Origin: Candidatus Altimarinota bacterium
GTDB lineage: Bacteria > Patescibacteriota > Gracilibacteria > UBA1369
DNA: 32,000 nucleotides
Assembly (NCBI GenBank): GCA_041659405.1
Contig: JBAZYK010000013.1
Location: forward strand, 22,325-54,324
Reading direction: 5' to 3'
Shown: positions 1 to 8,246 of the stretch, in pieces
Numbering within the stretch: position 1 is the first letter of the stretch
Layout: every line of letters starts with the position of its first letter
Made by a program: the position numbers and the translations under genes
The notes under the pieces: model-generated
What the model was told of the DNA's origin: nothing
The model's input: the letters and a program-made list of their open reading frames with translations, nothing else
Databases searched by the model: none

Positions 1-1398
1 AAACGAAAAGATAATATTGATACTTACAAATATTTTGGCGAACCGGTTTACATTTATTCGCTTAAAGAAGGGATCAATGATGGCTTTTTAACGCCATTTA
101 AAGTCAAAAGGATTCAAACGACTCTTGATGAGTACGTTTATACTTCCGATGATCAGATTGTTGAGGGCGAGGTGGAAGAAGGGAAAATTTATGAAGAATC
201 CGATTTTAATAGAATTATCGAGATCAAGGAGCGCGAAGCAAAACGCGTTCAAATCATGCTGGACGAAATCAATCAAAACGAGAAAACGATTGTGTTCTGC
301 GCGTCGCAGGATCATGCGCTTGCGGTACGGGACTTAATCAATCAAACCAAAAAAAGTTCAGATCCAAATTATTGTGTGCGTGTAACTGCTAACGATGGTG
401 CGCGCGGTGAGCAGTTTTTACGGGCTTTTCAGGATAATGAAAAAACTATTCCAACAATTCTGACCACTTCCCAAAAGCTGTCCACGGGTGTTGATGCCCG
501 CAATATTCGCAATATTGTTTTGATGCGTCCGATCAACTCCATGATTGAATTTAAGCAGATTGTAGGGCGCGGAACGCGTCTTTTTGATGGAAAAGAGTAT
601 TTTACGATCTTTGATTTTGTCGATGCCTATAAGCATTTTTCTGATCCACAGTGGGACGGCGAGCCAATCGATGAAACAACCGAAAATAAAGAGCCAAAAA
701 ATACGAATTATGATGTCGATCCTTCTAAAAACAGTGGATTAGCTTTAGCTGATGGGGATTTTGAAGGTTTTGAACCAAAGAAAAAATTGAAAATAAAATT
801 GCGGGACGGCAAAGAACGTGAAATCAAACACATGATCTCTACTTCCTTCTGGAGCGCCGACGGCAAGCCAATTTCAACGGAAGAGTTTTTGCAAAATATG
901 TTTGGGACTCTGCCGGAGTTTTTTGCCAATGAAGATGAATTGCGGAAAATCTGGTCAAATCCAAAAACAAGAAAAATGTTTTTAGAGAAGATTGCGGATC
1001 TTGGATACGGGAAAGATCAGCTAATAACATTACAAAAAATGATCGACGCCGAAAAAAGCGATATTTTTGATGTACTTGCCTATATTTCCTTTGCCACACC
1101 GCCAATTTCCAGAAAAGAACGTGTAGATGAAGCAAAAGATGCCATTCTAAAGCCACTTGATGAACAGCAAAAAGATTTCTTTGGATTTGTGCTGAACGAA
1201 TATGTTGAAAATGGAGTAGAAGAGCTCGACGAAGAAAAATTGCCTGATCTGCTAAATCTGAAATATCACGCAATCTCTGATGCTGAAAAAGCGCTTGGTG
1301 GAGTCGAAAAGATCAGGTCGACCTTTTTCAATTTTCAAAAGGATTTATACTTAAACAAGCGTAAAGTTGAGGTGAAAAATGTGAAGTCGCCAAAGTGA
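1..1398 (+). CDS. hsdR: Type I restriction enzyme R subunit (HsdR, EcoEI-like), C-terminal part. The 5' end lies outside the window.
   Basis: Frame 1 is open from base 1 (KRKDNIDTYKYFGEPVYIYSLKEGINDGFLTPFKV...) and runs into the 172..1398 ORF. It carries helicase C-terminal motifs TILTTSQKLSTGVDARNI and QIVGRGTRL. These are followed by the EcoEI-type R-subunit C-terminal signature (FWSADGKPIS..EEFL, DELRKIWSNPKTRK, SDIFDVLAYISF). Confidence 0.85.
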   Translation, partial: KRKDNIDTYKYFGEPVYIYSLKEGINDGFLTPFKVKRIQTTLDEYVYTSDDQIVEGEVEEGKIYEESDFNRIIEIKEREAKRVQIMLDEINQNEKTIVFCASQDHALAVRDLINQTKKSSDPNYCVRVTANDGARGEQFLRAFQDNEKTIPTILTTSQKLSTGVDARNIRNIVLMRPINSMIEFKQIVGRGTRLFDGKEYFTIFDFVDAYKHFSDPQWDGEPIDETTENKEPKNTNYDVDPSKNSGLALADGDFEGFEPKKKLKIKLRDGKEREIKHMISTSFWSADGKPISTEEFLQNMFGTLPEFFANEDELRKIWSNPKTRKMFLEKIADLGYGKDQLITLQKMIDAEKSDIFDVLAYISFATPPISRKERVDEAKDAILKPLDEQQKDFFGFVLNEYVENGVEELDEEKLPDLLNLKYHAISDAEKALGGVEKIRSTFFNFQKDLYLNKRKVEVKNVKSPK

Positions 1399-1499
1399 GC
1401 ATTTTCTTCTTTACACGCCCCTTCCATATTTCGCCAAAATAGGCTAAATTATTGGCCTTGTATTATTTTTGGCCGCCTGGCCTCTACGCCCCTCACACT

Positions 1500-2963
1500 A
1501 TGGCTAACAACGAAACAATCATCAGCTTTGACGCAGTCTCATTTGAATATCTTCATGATAAACCGCTATTAAACGAAGCCAGCTTTTCTGTCCGCAGAGG
1601 GAGCAAAGTGACTTTTATGGGCCAAAACGGCGCCGGTAAAAGTACGATTTTTAAACTTTTGGCTGGAACCTTAAAGCCTCAATCAGGACACGTAAACGTT
1701 GTTCCTCGCCTTACCATCGCCACTGCGCATCAGGTTATGCCGGCAACTGACCGCGAATTAACCGTAAGCGAATTTTTTCAAAAATGTTTCCACGAAAAAA
1801 AGTACGATCTTGATCGCCGCATTGATGAAATTCTTGAAGTGGTAAATCTTCATGCTCCACATGACAAAATCGTTAAAGCTTTTTCCGGAGGACAGCAGGC
1901 CAGATTATTGCTTGCTGCAGCCCTTATTCAGGATCCTGATTTGTTGCTTCTGGATGAACCGACCAATAATCTTGATAAAACCGGTATTGAACATTTGACC
2001 GACTTTCTAATCAACTACCCAAAAACGTGCATAGTTATTTCCCATGATGAAGACTTTTTGAATGCTTTCACCGAAGGAGTTTTGTATTTGGATATTTTTA
2101 CCCGCAAAGTTGAACAGTATGTTGGTAATTATTTTGATGCCGTTGCGGAAATTGCCATTCGTATCGAAAAGGAAAATCGCAAAAATGCCCAGCTGGCAAA
2201 AGAGATTCAAGAGAACAAAGAGCAGGCCAATGTTTTCGCCCATAAAGGTGGTAAATTAAGACTTGTGGCAAAACGCATGCGTGAAAAAGCTGAAGAGTTT
2301 GAGGAAAACAAGGTCGATGTCCGTCGTGAAGATCAAACCATTCGCAATTTTACGATCCCCGCGCAGGAAGATCTTTCCGGTGAAATTTTGAAAATTTCTT
2401 CATTGATGGTTATAAAAAATCATCAGCCAACTACAAAAAAGGCCAAAATTTCTTTAAGAAAAAATCAGCATTTGCTTCTTTCCGGCCCAAACGGAATCGG
2501 CAAAAGTACGCTGCTTGAATCTTTGGCGCAGGGGACTGCTACAGGCGCAAAGATCGATCCAAGTGTCAGAGTTGGCTATTATCGCCAGGATTTTTCCACG
2601 CTTAATTTTGAGCACACAGTCCACCAGGCGCTTCACGAAGCCCTAAAGTTGTCAGGAGAAGAACTCCATGAAGAAATTCTTCGTTCGGTGGCATCAGGCT
2701 TTCTTATCACCAGAGAACTGATTAACAGCAAAATCGGCAACATTTCCGAAGGTCAAAAAGGGCTGGTTGCGTTTGCCTGTCTGGTTTTGCAAAAGCCGGG
2801 ACTTTTAATTTTGGATGAGCCGACCAACCATATTAATTTCCGCCATCTTCCGATTATTGCCGCCGCGCTGGACCAATATGAAGGAGCCATGATTCTGGTT
2901 TCCCACGTGCCGGAATTCGTTGAACAGATCAGAATTGATGAAATTCTTGATCTTAATAAATAA
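1500..2963 (+). CDS. ABC-F family ATPase (two tandem ABC domains, no membrane domain)
   Basis: Two Walker A motifs (GQNGAGKST, GPNGIGKST), two ABC signatures (FSGGQQARL, ISEGQKGLV) and two Walker B motifs (LLLLDEPTNNLD, LLILDEPTNHIN). A charged helical linker (KENRKNAQLAKEIQENKEQ...) separates the domains. I prefer the ATG at 1500 (MANNETIISFD) to the TTG at 1452 given in the ORF track. Confidence 0.85.
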   Translation: MANNETIISFDAVSFEYLHDKPLLNEASFSVRRGSKVTFMGQNGAGKSTIFKLLAGTLKPQSGHVNVVPRLTIATAHQVMPATDRELTVSEFFQKCFHEKKYDLDRRIDEILEVVNLHAPHDKIVKAFSGGQQARLLLAAALIQDPDLLLLDEPTNNLDKTGIEHLTDFLINYPKTCIVISHDEDFLNAFTEGVLYLDIFTRKVEQYVGNYFDAVAEIAIRIEKENRKNAQLAKEIQENKEQANVFAHKGGKLRLVAKRMREKAEEFEENKVDVRREDQTIRNFTIPAQEDLSGEILKISSLMVIKNHQPTTKKAKISLRKNQHLLLSGPNGIGKSTLLESLAQGTATGAKIDPSVRVGYYRQDFSTLNFEHTVHQALHEALKLSGEELHEEILRSVASGFLITRELINSKIGNISEGQKGLVAFACLVLQKPGLLILDEPTNHINFRHLPIIAAALDQYEGAMILVSHVPEFVEQIRIDEILDLNK

Positions 2964-3259
2964 CCGCTCCGATTTTGAGCGTTTCGCCAGGCCATAAATC
3001 ACTTAATCGGCCCTTCCAATCCGGAAGAGCCTGAAAATGATTTATTTTCTTGCTGCTTTCTTAGCTCTTTTTGCTTCCAATCTTTCTTTTGGATTTAGCT
3101 TTGGTGCTTTTTTTCCTTCTCTTTTTGGTTTGTCTCCAGCCATGGTGAAAAGATTAAAAAATATTTGATGGATAAAAATCCATTACCAAAATAATAAACC
3201 AAATGTCCGTAATTTCATACAAGAAATGAAATTATTTACAGTCAGCCTATGTTCAACAA

Positions 3260-3832
3260 TTAATATTTGGAAATTTCCTCAGTCAGCGCGCCAATGCCAA
3301 TGTTTTTTACTGATGAGTATGGGAAAACTTTATGGCCACCAACGGCATCCTGAATTTTTTTAAGCTTCATTTTATATTCGGAATTTTTGATTTTGTCGAT
3401 TTTATTCGCAACAACCACAATGTTTTTTTGAGCTGCTTCCAAACACTCAAGCATCTCTAAATCGTTAGCGGTTACACCTATATTCGCATCAATGATCAGT
3501 ACAATTATTTTTTGCTCATAGCGCGACTCAAACAAATACCAGTTGATCAATTTTTTCAGTTTGTCGCGTCCTGCTCCGGAAACTCTGGCAAATCCATATC
3601 CCGGTAAATCCACCAGATAAAATTTATTATTAATCAAAAATAAATTTATTTGCTGGGTGCGCCCCGGAAAAGCACTGGTTCTGGCCAAATCTTTCTGTTT
3701 GGTCAAAGAATTAATGATACTGGATTTACCCACATTGGACCTGCCAATAAACGCAATTTGTGGCCTGTCGTCGTCCAAATTCCAATCTTCATCAACTATG
3801 CCCTTTAAAAATTTTGCAGATTTTATATTCAT
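3260..3832 (-). CDS. engB: Ribosome-biogenesis GTPase EngB/YsxC/YihA
   Basis: G1 motif GRSNVGKSSIIN, G2 region PGRTQ, G3 DLPGYG and G4 NKIDK. The 190 aa size and overall layout are typical of EngB. Confidence 0.85.
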   Translation of the reverse strand: MNIKSAKFLKGIVDEDWNLDDDRPQIAFIGRSNVGKSSIINSLTKQKDLARTSAFPGRTQQINLFLINNKFYLVDLPGYGFARVSGAGRDKLKKLINWYLFESRYEQKIIVLIIDANIGVTANDLEMLECLEAAQKNIVVVANKIDKIKNSEYKMKLKKIQDAVGGHKVFPYSSVKNIGIGALTEEISKY

Positions 3833-3852
3833 AAATCCATTATATCAGGAAA

Positions 3853-5694
3853 TTACTTTAAAAAGCGGTCTTCCAGGTTATTAGTCTCGGCGTAAGCCTT
3901 AATAATCGCCAAAAAATCCGGCCCATATTCGGCCAATTTCATTCTTCCCACGCCCGTAATAAAGGCAAAAGTGTCATTACTTTGCGGCAGATAGAAAGAC
4001 ATTTCCTGCAACGAAACATCGCCAAAAATAATAAATGGCGGAACCCGTTTTTTATCGGCAATACCCTTTCGCAGTACGCGCAGTTGTTCAAACAGTGGGC
4101 GATGATAATCCAAAACCACAGTGGCCGCATTTTTCTTGACCCTGGCCCTATTTACGGTTGCCACATGCAAAGAATCCCTTGCCACAGTTGGCCTGCTTAG
4201 AAAGATTTTTTCACGCGTGTTCAGGCAAACTCTGCCTTCTTCCGTCACTTTTAACACCGGATATTCTCCGGTAGTTTTTTGCAGAATTTTATTGGCGATG
4301 AGTAGCTCAATAATCTGACGAAGTTCTTCCGCCTTTTCGTCTTTGGCAACCCCAAAAACCGATAATTTTTGATGCTGGCGTTCACGAGTTTTTTCGGTTT
4401 CTTTTCCACGCAAAACATCAACAATATAAGTTAGCCCAAAGCGTTCTTCCGTGCGTAAAATTGCCGAAAGAATTTTCCAGGATATTCCGGTGGCATCAAA
4501 ACTTTCCTTTGTAGCAAGGCAATTATCGCAACCCTGACAATTTTCCTGGATCTGATTTTCGCCAAAATATTTCAAAAGATAAGCGCGCCGGCAAGTTTGA
4601 AGCTCGGCATACTGAATAATCTGAGCCAGTTTCTCCGCCGCGCCCTTGCGCTGATCCGGATCCGCAATCTGATTTATAAAAAAATTATGTTTGATTTTAT
4701 CGCCATAGGAATAAAAAAGCACACACTCGCTTGGAAGCCCGTCACGTCCCGCACGGCCCGTTTCCTGATAATAAGATTCAACGCTCTTCGGCAAATCAAA
4801 ATGTACAACTAAACGTACATTTGGCTTGTCTATGCCCATTCCAAAAGCAATCGTGGCCACGATAATTGAAGTTTCATCGTGGATAAATTTTTCCTGGGTG
4901 TCTTTGCGCTTTTCCGCATCCAGACCTGCATGATAAGGCAAAGCCCGTAAATTTTCTTCCTGCAGTCTTTCCGCAATTTCTTCCGTTCTTTTTCGCGAAA
5001 AACAGTAAATAATCACCGACTCGTTTTCGTATTTTTTCAACAAAACCACCAGTTCTTCCAGCGCTTTTTTCTTTGGCCTCATCTGGTACGTAAGATTGCT
5101 TCGATTAAAACTGGAAAGAAAAGTTTTAGCTTTAGAAAGTCCCAGTTGTTCAATAATATCCAAACGTACTTTATCCGTAGCCGTAGCGGTTAGTGCCATC
5201 AACGGCACTTTTGGAAAATTCTTCCGTAAAGATTTTAAATTTCGATATTCCGGACGGAAATCATGCCCCCATTCCGAAATACAATGCGCTTCATCAATCG
5301 CGATCAGATCAAGTTTAAGTTTATGCAAAAAATCCTGAAAAGCGGGCAGAGCCAAGCGTTCCGGAGTCACATATAAAATTTTGATTTGCCCCTTTTTCAA
5401 TCGAAACTCAATATTTTGATGAGCCTCAAAAGATAAAGTACTATTAATAAAGGCAGCCGGAATACCGTTGCTGTTCAAGGAATCGACCTGATCCTTCATT
5501 AAAGCTATCAAAGGCGAAATCACCAAAGTAAGGCCCGGAAAAGCCAGCGCGGGTAACTGATAGCAAAGTGATTTTCCTCCACCTGTAGCCATAATTACCA
5601 GCGCTTCTTGCTTTTGTAGGATGTGATAAATAATTTCTTCCTGTAAAGGACGGAATTTATCATACCCAAAATGGGTTTTGAGTAATTTTTGCAT
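3853..5694 (-). CDS. recQ: ATP-dependent DNA helicase RecQ (helicase core, Zn-binding RecQ-Ct and C-terminal HRDC region)
   Basis: N-terminal FGYDKFRPLQEEII, Walker A ATGGGKSLCYQLPA, DEAH box IAIDEAHCISEWGHDFRPEY, motif VI YYQETGRAGRDG and a Cys cluster (CRRAYLLKYFGE...CQGCDNC). The C-terminal LFEQLRVLRKGIADKKRVPPFIIFGDVSLQEM is HRDC-like. Confidence 0.92.
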   Translation of the reverse strand: MQKLLKTHFGYDKFRPLQEEIIYHILQKQEALVIMATGGGKSLCYQLPALAFPGLTLVISPLIALMKDQVDSLNSNGIPAAFINSTLSFEAHQNIEFRLKKGQIKILYVTPERLALPAFQDFLHKLKLDLIAIDEAHCISEWGHDFRPEYRNLKSLRKNFPKVPLMALTATATDKVRLDIIEQLGLSKAKTFLSSFNRSNLTYQMRPKKKALEELVVLLKKYENESVIIYCFSRKRTEEIAERLQEENLRALPYHAGLDAEKRKDTQEKFIHDETSIIVATIAFGMGIDKPNVRLVVHFDLPKSVESYYQETGRAGRDGLPSECVLFYSYGDKIKHNFFINQIADPDQRKGAAEKLAQIIQYAELQTCRRAYLLKYFGENQIQENCQGCDNCLATKESFDATGISWKILSAILRTEERFGLTYIVDVLRGKETEKTRERQHQKLSVFGVAKDEKAEELRQIIELLIANKILQKTTGEYPVLKVTEEGRVCLNTREKIFLSRPTVARDSLHVATVNRARVKKNAATVVLDYHRPLFEQLRVLRKGIADKKRVPPFIIFGDVSLQEMSFYLPQSNDTFAFITGVGRMKLAEYGPDFLAIIKAYAETNNLEDRFLK

Positions 5695-5703
5695 GAATCA
5701 AGT

Positions 5704-6381
5704 CTAAGCTTTAGCCACCTTTTTAGCCTTAGGCTTAGAAGCTTTGACCTTTTTTTCCTCAACCGGTGCTTTTTCAGTTTCTTTAGGTTGAGCAGTTTCC
5801 TTAGCCTGTACCGGTTCTTTTGCCTTAACCGTTTCTTTAGCAGGAGCTGTTCCTTTAGAAGCAGAAGTCATCATCATCAAGATTCTATCAAGTTTGATAT
5901 TTAAGATATCAAGCTGTTCTTTATATTGATCAGGACCTTTGTTGTTGCTGCCGGCATTGCCACCTTTTTTAAAGCAATTATTGCAGAAAACTGGCTTATC
6001 GCCACTTGGTCTAAAAGGAACTTCACAAGACTCACCGCAATCGGTGCATGTTGCCTCGTGCATTTCAGGTCTTGAATCTCTGCCAAAGCCGGAATCCCTG
6101 TCTCTGCCAAAACTTCTACCTCTGTCACCACCACGGTCATCTGTTCTGCGTGGGCTGGAATCGCCACCTTTTTTAAAGCAGTCACTGCAATAAACAGGCC
6201 TGTCATTACTTGGCTTGAAAGGAACTTCGCAAGAACTTCCACAGTCGCCACAAGTTGCCTTGTGCATTGTGAAATTGCTTGGACCTCTGTCGCTAAAGCT
6301 TCTTTTACCAAAGTCTCTGTTACCTCCACCAAACGACCTACCGCCGCCACTTCCACCTCTGTTTGATCTGTCGAATCCCAT
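5704..6381 (-). CDS. Tandem CxxC-x17-CxxC zinc-ribbon protein with RGG/RG-rich spacers and a Lys/Glu/Pro-rich C-terminal tail (putative nucleic-acid-binding protein)
   Basis: Two copies of H(K/E)ATC(G/T)DCG(S/E)SCEVPF(K/R)PS(N/G)D(R/K)PV(Y/F)C(S/N)(D/N)CFKKGG. Exactly 17 residues separate the two CxxC pairs in each copy. Flanking segments are Gly/Arg low complexity (RGGSGGGRSFGGGNRDFG, DDRGGDRGRSFGRDRDSGFGRDSR). The C-terminal tail is KETVKAKEPVQAKETAQPKETEKAPVEEKKVKASKPKAKKVAKA. The stop codon lies 9 nt upstream of the recQ start. Confidence 0.8.
   Translation of the reverse strand: MGFDRSNRGGSGGGRSFGGGNRDFGKRSFSDRGPSNFTMHKATCGDCGSSCEVPFKPSNDRPVYCSDCFKKGGDSSPRRTDDRGGDRGRSFGRDRDSGFGRDSRPEMHEATCTDCGESCEVPFRPSGDKPVFCNNCFKKGGNAGSNNKGPDQYKEQLDILNIKLDRILMMMTSASKGTAPAKETVKAKEPVQAKETAQPKETEKAPVEEKKVKASKPKAKKVAKA
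5953..6273 (-). repeat. Internal duplication encoding the two zinc-ribbon modules (copy 1 at 6160..6273, copy 2 at 5953..6066)
   Basis: The two roughly 38-codon modules align residue for residue. The nucleotide copies are recognisably related, for example ccaccttttttaaagca...ttgcc(t)(c/t)gtgcat. Confidence 0.8.
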
Positions 6382-6469
6382 AAAAAAAGGATAAAAAATA
6401 AATTCCGTTAAGTCTTGGACTGTAGGAATCTACTAAGCACCCTACAAAACTCTACCTATTGGCTTGCGC

Positions 6470-6498
6470 ATATTACCTAATATATTCAAATATAACAA
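6470..6498 (-). promoter_or_regulatory. Candidate sigma70-type promoter for the zinc-ribbon/recQ/engB operon
   Basis: Read on the minus strand: TTGTTA (-35, 6498..6493), a 17 nt spacer, then TAATAT (-10, 6475..6470). This predicts a leader of about 80 nt containing the hairpin TGTAGG-N14-CCTACA (6421..6446). Confidence 0.45.
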
Positions 6499-6608
6499 CC
6501 CCATTTTAAAAAACCGCAATTATTAGCCATTATTCCATTTGCGCAAGAGCTCTTTTTAACCTTAGCGGTCATCAAGGCTGAAACCGATTTTAAGCATCAC
6601 CAAAACGC

Positions 6609-6637
6609 TTGCAAATGCAATACAGTTGCATTATGAT
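6609..6637 (+). promoter_or_regulatory. znuA promoter with an embedded palindromic operator (candidate Zur/Fur-family box)
   Basis: TTGCAA (-35, 6609..6614), a 17 nt spacer ATGCAATACAGTTGCAT, then TATGAT (-10, 6632..6637). The perfect inverted repeat AATGCAA-N5-TTGCATT (6614..6632) fills the spacer. The motif TGCAATA-N3-TTGCA also occurs in the znuC promoter spacer. Confidence 0.6.
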
Positions 6638-6669
6638 TGACTCAGTTTTTAACTCTTTTACCGTTCAAA

Positions 6670-7602
6670 ATGAAAAGACACCTCGCGTACATATTTATGA
6701 TCCCTGCTTTACTTTTTGTGGGCTGCGGCCAGCCACAGAATGTGCCCGGAAATTCCTCCACCTTAAAAATCATCACCAGTTTTTATCCAATTTATGAAAT
6801 AGTGAAACAGGTTGGGGGAGCCAATGTAACCATTCAAAATCTTGTTCCGGCAGGCGCGGAACCGCACGACTACGAGCCAACTCCCCAAGAAATTGTGAAT
6901 CTTAATCAGGCTGATTTGGTGGTTTATAATGGAATGGGCCTGGAACCATGGGCGGACAAAATCATCCCCGAGCTTCAGCAAAATGGCTCAAAAACTTTAA
7001 ATCTTTCCGATTATTTTAAAAATAATGCCATTACAAATAGTCCCAAAACACCTGGAGATGCGGAATATCTGCCTTTTGACCCACATTTATGGCTGGATCC
7101 GGTTAATTATCAAAAAGAAGTTCAAACAGTTACGCAAAAATTGGTAGAGATAGATCCAAATCATCAAACAGACTATCAACAAAATTCGCAGAAATTTATT
7201 AAACAACTTCAGGAGTTGGACCTTGCTTACCAAAATGGCTTTAAAAGCTGCAAATTAAACAGTTTTGTCACAAGTCACGCTGCTTTTGCCTATCTTGCCA
7301 ATCGTTATCATCTAAAGATGGTCGCAATTTCCGGCCTTTCCCCCGATGCCGAGCCTTCTTCCAAAGTTATGGCCGAACTGACCAATTTAATCCGGCAAAA
7401 CAACATTCAATATATTCTTACCGAAAGCCTGGTTAGCCCTAAAATTGCCGATACTTTAGCGCAGGAAACAGGCACCAAAACTTTAATTTTAAATCCGTTG
7501 GAGGGATTAACCGACCAGGAAATCGCCAAAGGTAAAAATTACGTGAGTGTGATGCAGGACAATCTTAGGAGTCTGCAAACAGCACTTGAGTGCGGAAATT
7601 AA
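6670..7602 (+). CDS. znuA: Metal (Zn/Mn-type) ABC transporter substrate-binding lipoprotein, ZnuA/TroA family
   Basis: Signal peptide with a lipobox-like LLFVGCG. Family motifs are TSFYPIYEIVKQVGG, LVPAGAEPHDYEPTPQEI, DLVVYNGMGLEPW, DPHLWLDP and SHAAFAYLANRY. There is no His-rich loop, so metal specificity is not certain. The ATG at 6670 is preferred because the track start (6637) falls inside the predicted -10 element. Confidence 0.85.
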   Translation: MKRHLAYIFMIPALLFVGCGQPQNVPGNSSTLKIITSFYPIYEIVKQVGGANVTIQNLVPAGAEPHDYEPTPQEIVNLNQADLVVYNGMGLEPWADKIIPELQQNGSKTLNLSDYFKNNAITNSPKTPGDAEYLPFDPHLWLDPVNYQKEVQTVTQKLVEIDPNHQTDYQQNSQKFIKQLQELDLAYQNGFKSCKLNSFVTSHAAFAYLANRYHLKMVAISGLSPDAEPSSKVMAELTNLIRQNNIQYILTESLVSPKIADTLAQETGTKTLILNPLEGLTDQEIAKGKNYVSVMQDNLRSLQTALECGN

Positions 7603-7670
7603 TGTGAAATATTTTTAGCCACCGGGTGTAATATAGGTGTACAGATAAAATTCCCGCTAAATTCTGCTCG

Positions 7671-8246
7671 ATGAAAATACCCGAAGCTCAGCTGACTGAT
7701 GAACAAATAGCGCTATTGGTACAACAAGGAGATAAAGAAAAATTCGGGTTCTTGATGGATCGATACGAACAGAAACTTTTCCGCTACGGCAAAAAATTTC
7801 TTTTTGATTGGCATAATATTGAGGATCTGATTCAGGAGATCTTTTTAAAAGCTTATCAAAATATTAAAAGTTTTGATGTTTCACAAAAGTTTTCTCCCTG
7901 GATTTACCGCATTGCCCACAATTCATTTATCAATGCCATCAAGAAAACCAGCAGAAGCCCCCTTTCGTTTTTTGATTTTGATACACTGATCCCTCATCCG
8001 GAACATATTGATGAAGTAGCTCAGGAACATGATCGTAAAGCGATGCGTAAAATCATTGATCAGGGACTTCAAAAGCTCTCATCAAACTATCGGGAAATTA
8101 TTATTTTATTTTATCTTGAAGAACTGAGTTACAAAGAAATCGGAGACATCCTTCATGTTCCACCTGGGACGGTTGGAATTCGCCTGCAAAGAGCCAAAAA
8201 ACAGCTTAAAGAAAATTTACCGGCAGATGTAAAACTTCACCTATGA
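7671..8246 (+). CDS. ECF-type RNA polymerase sigma factor (sigma-70 family, regions 2 and 4)
   Basis: Region 2 is DLIQEIFLKAYQNIKSFDVSQKFSPWIYRIAHNSFINAIKK. Region 4 is the helix-turn-helix LSYKEIGDILHVPPGTVGIRLQRAKKQLKE. Confidence 0.9.
   Translation: MKIPEAQLTDEQIALLVQQGDKEKFGFLMDRYEQKLFRYGKKFLFDWHNIEDLIQEIFLKAYQNIKSFDVSQKFSPWIYRIAHNSFINAIKKTSRSPLSFFDFDTLIPHPEHIDEVAQEHDRKAMRKIIDQGLQKLSSNYREIIILFYLEELSYKEIGDILHVPPGTVGIRLQRAKKQLKENLPADVKLHL

Noticed and set aside
839-1273. Antisense shadow ORFs within long genes, for example 839..1273 (-), 2007..2243 (-), 16700..17087 (+), 26687..27049 (+), 31117..31488 (+) and many others of 60-150 aa.
   Set aside because: Each is fully contained in a longer ORF with clear family motifs on the opposite strand or in another frame. 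They have odd composition and no motifs of their own.
3212-3237. The AT-only hairpin AATTTCAT-N8-ATGAAATT downstream of engB; considered as a possible terminator.
   Set aside because: The stem is entirely A/T and has no following U-tract on the minus strand, so the evidence is too weak to call.
5901-6356. A 151 aa ORF on the same strand in another frame, and an 84 aa + strand ORF (5939..6193), both inside the zinc-ribbon gene.
   Set aside because: They are by-products of the repetitive, GC-skewed Gly/Arg codon composition. They lack any motif, whereas the 5704..6381 frame encodes two perfect CxxC-x17-CxxC modules.
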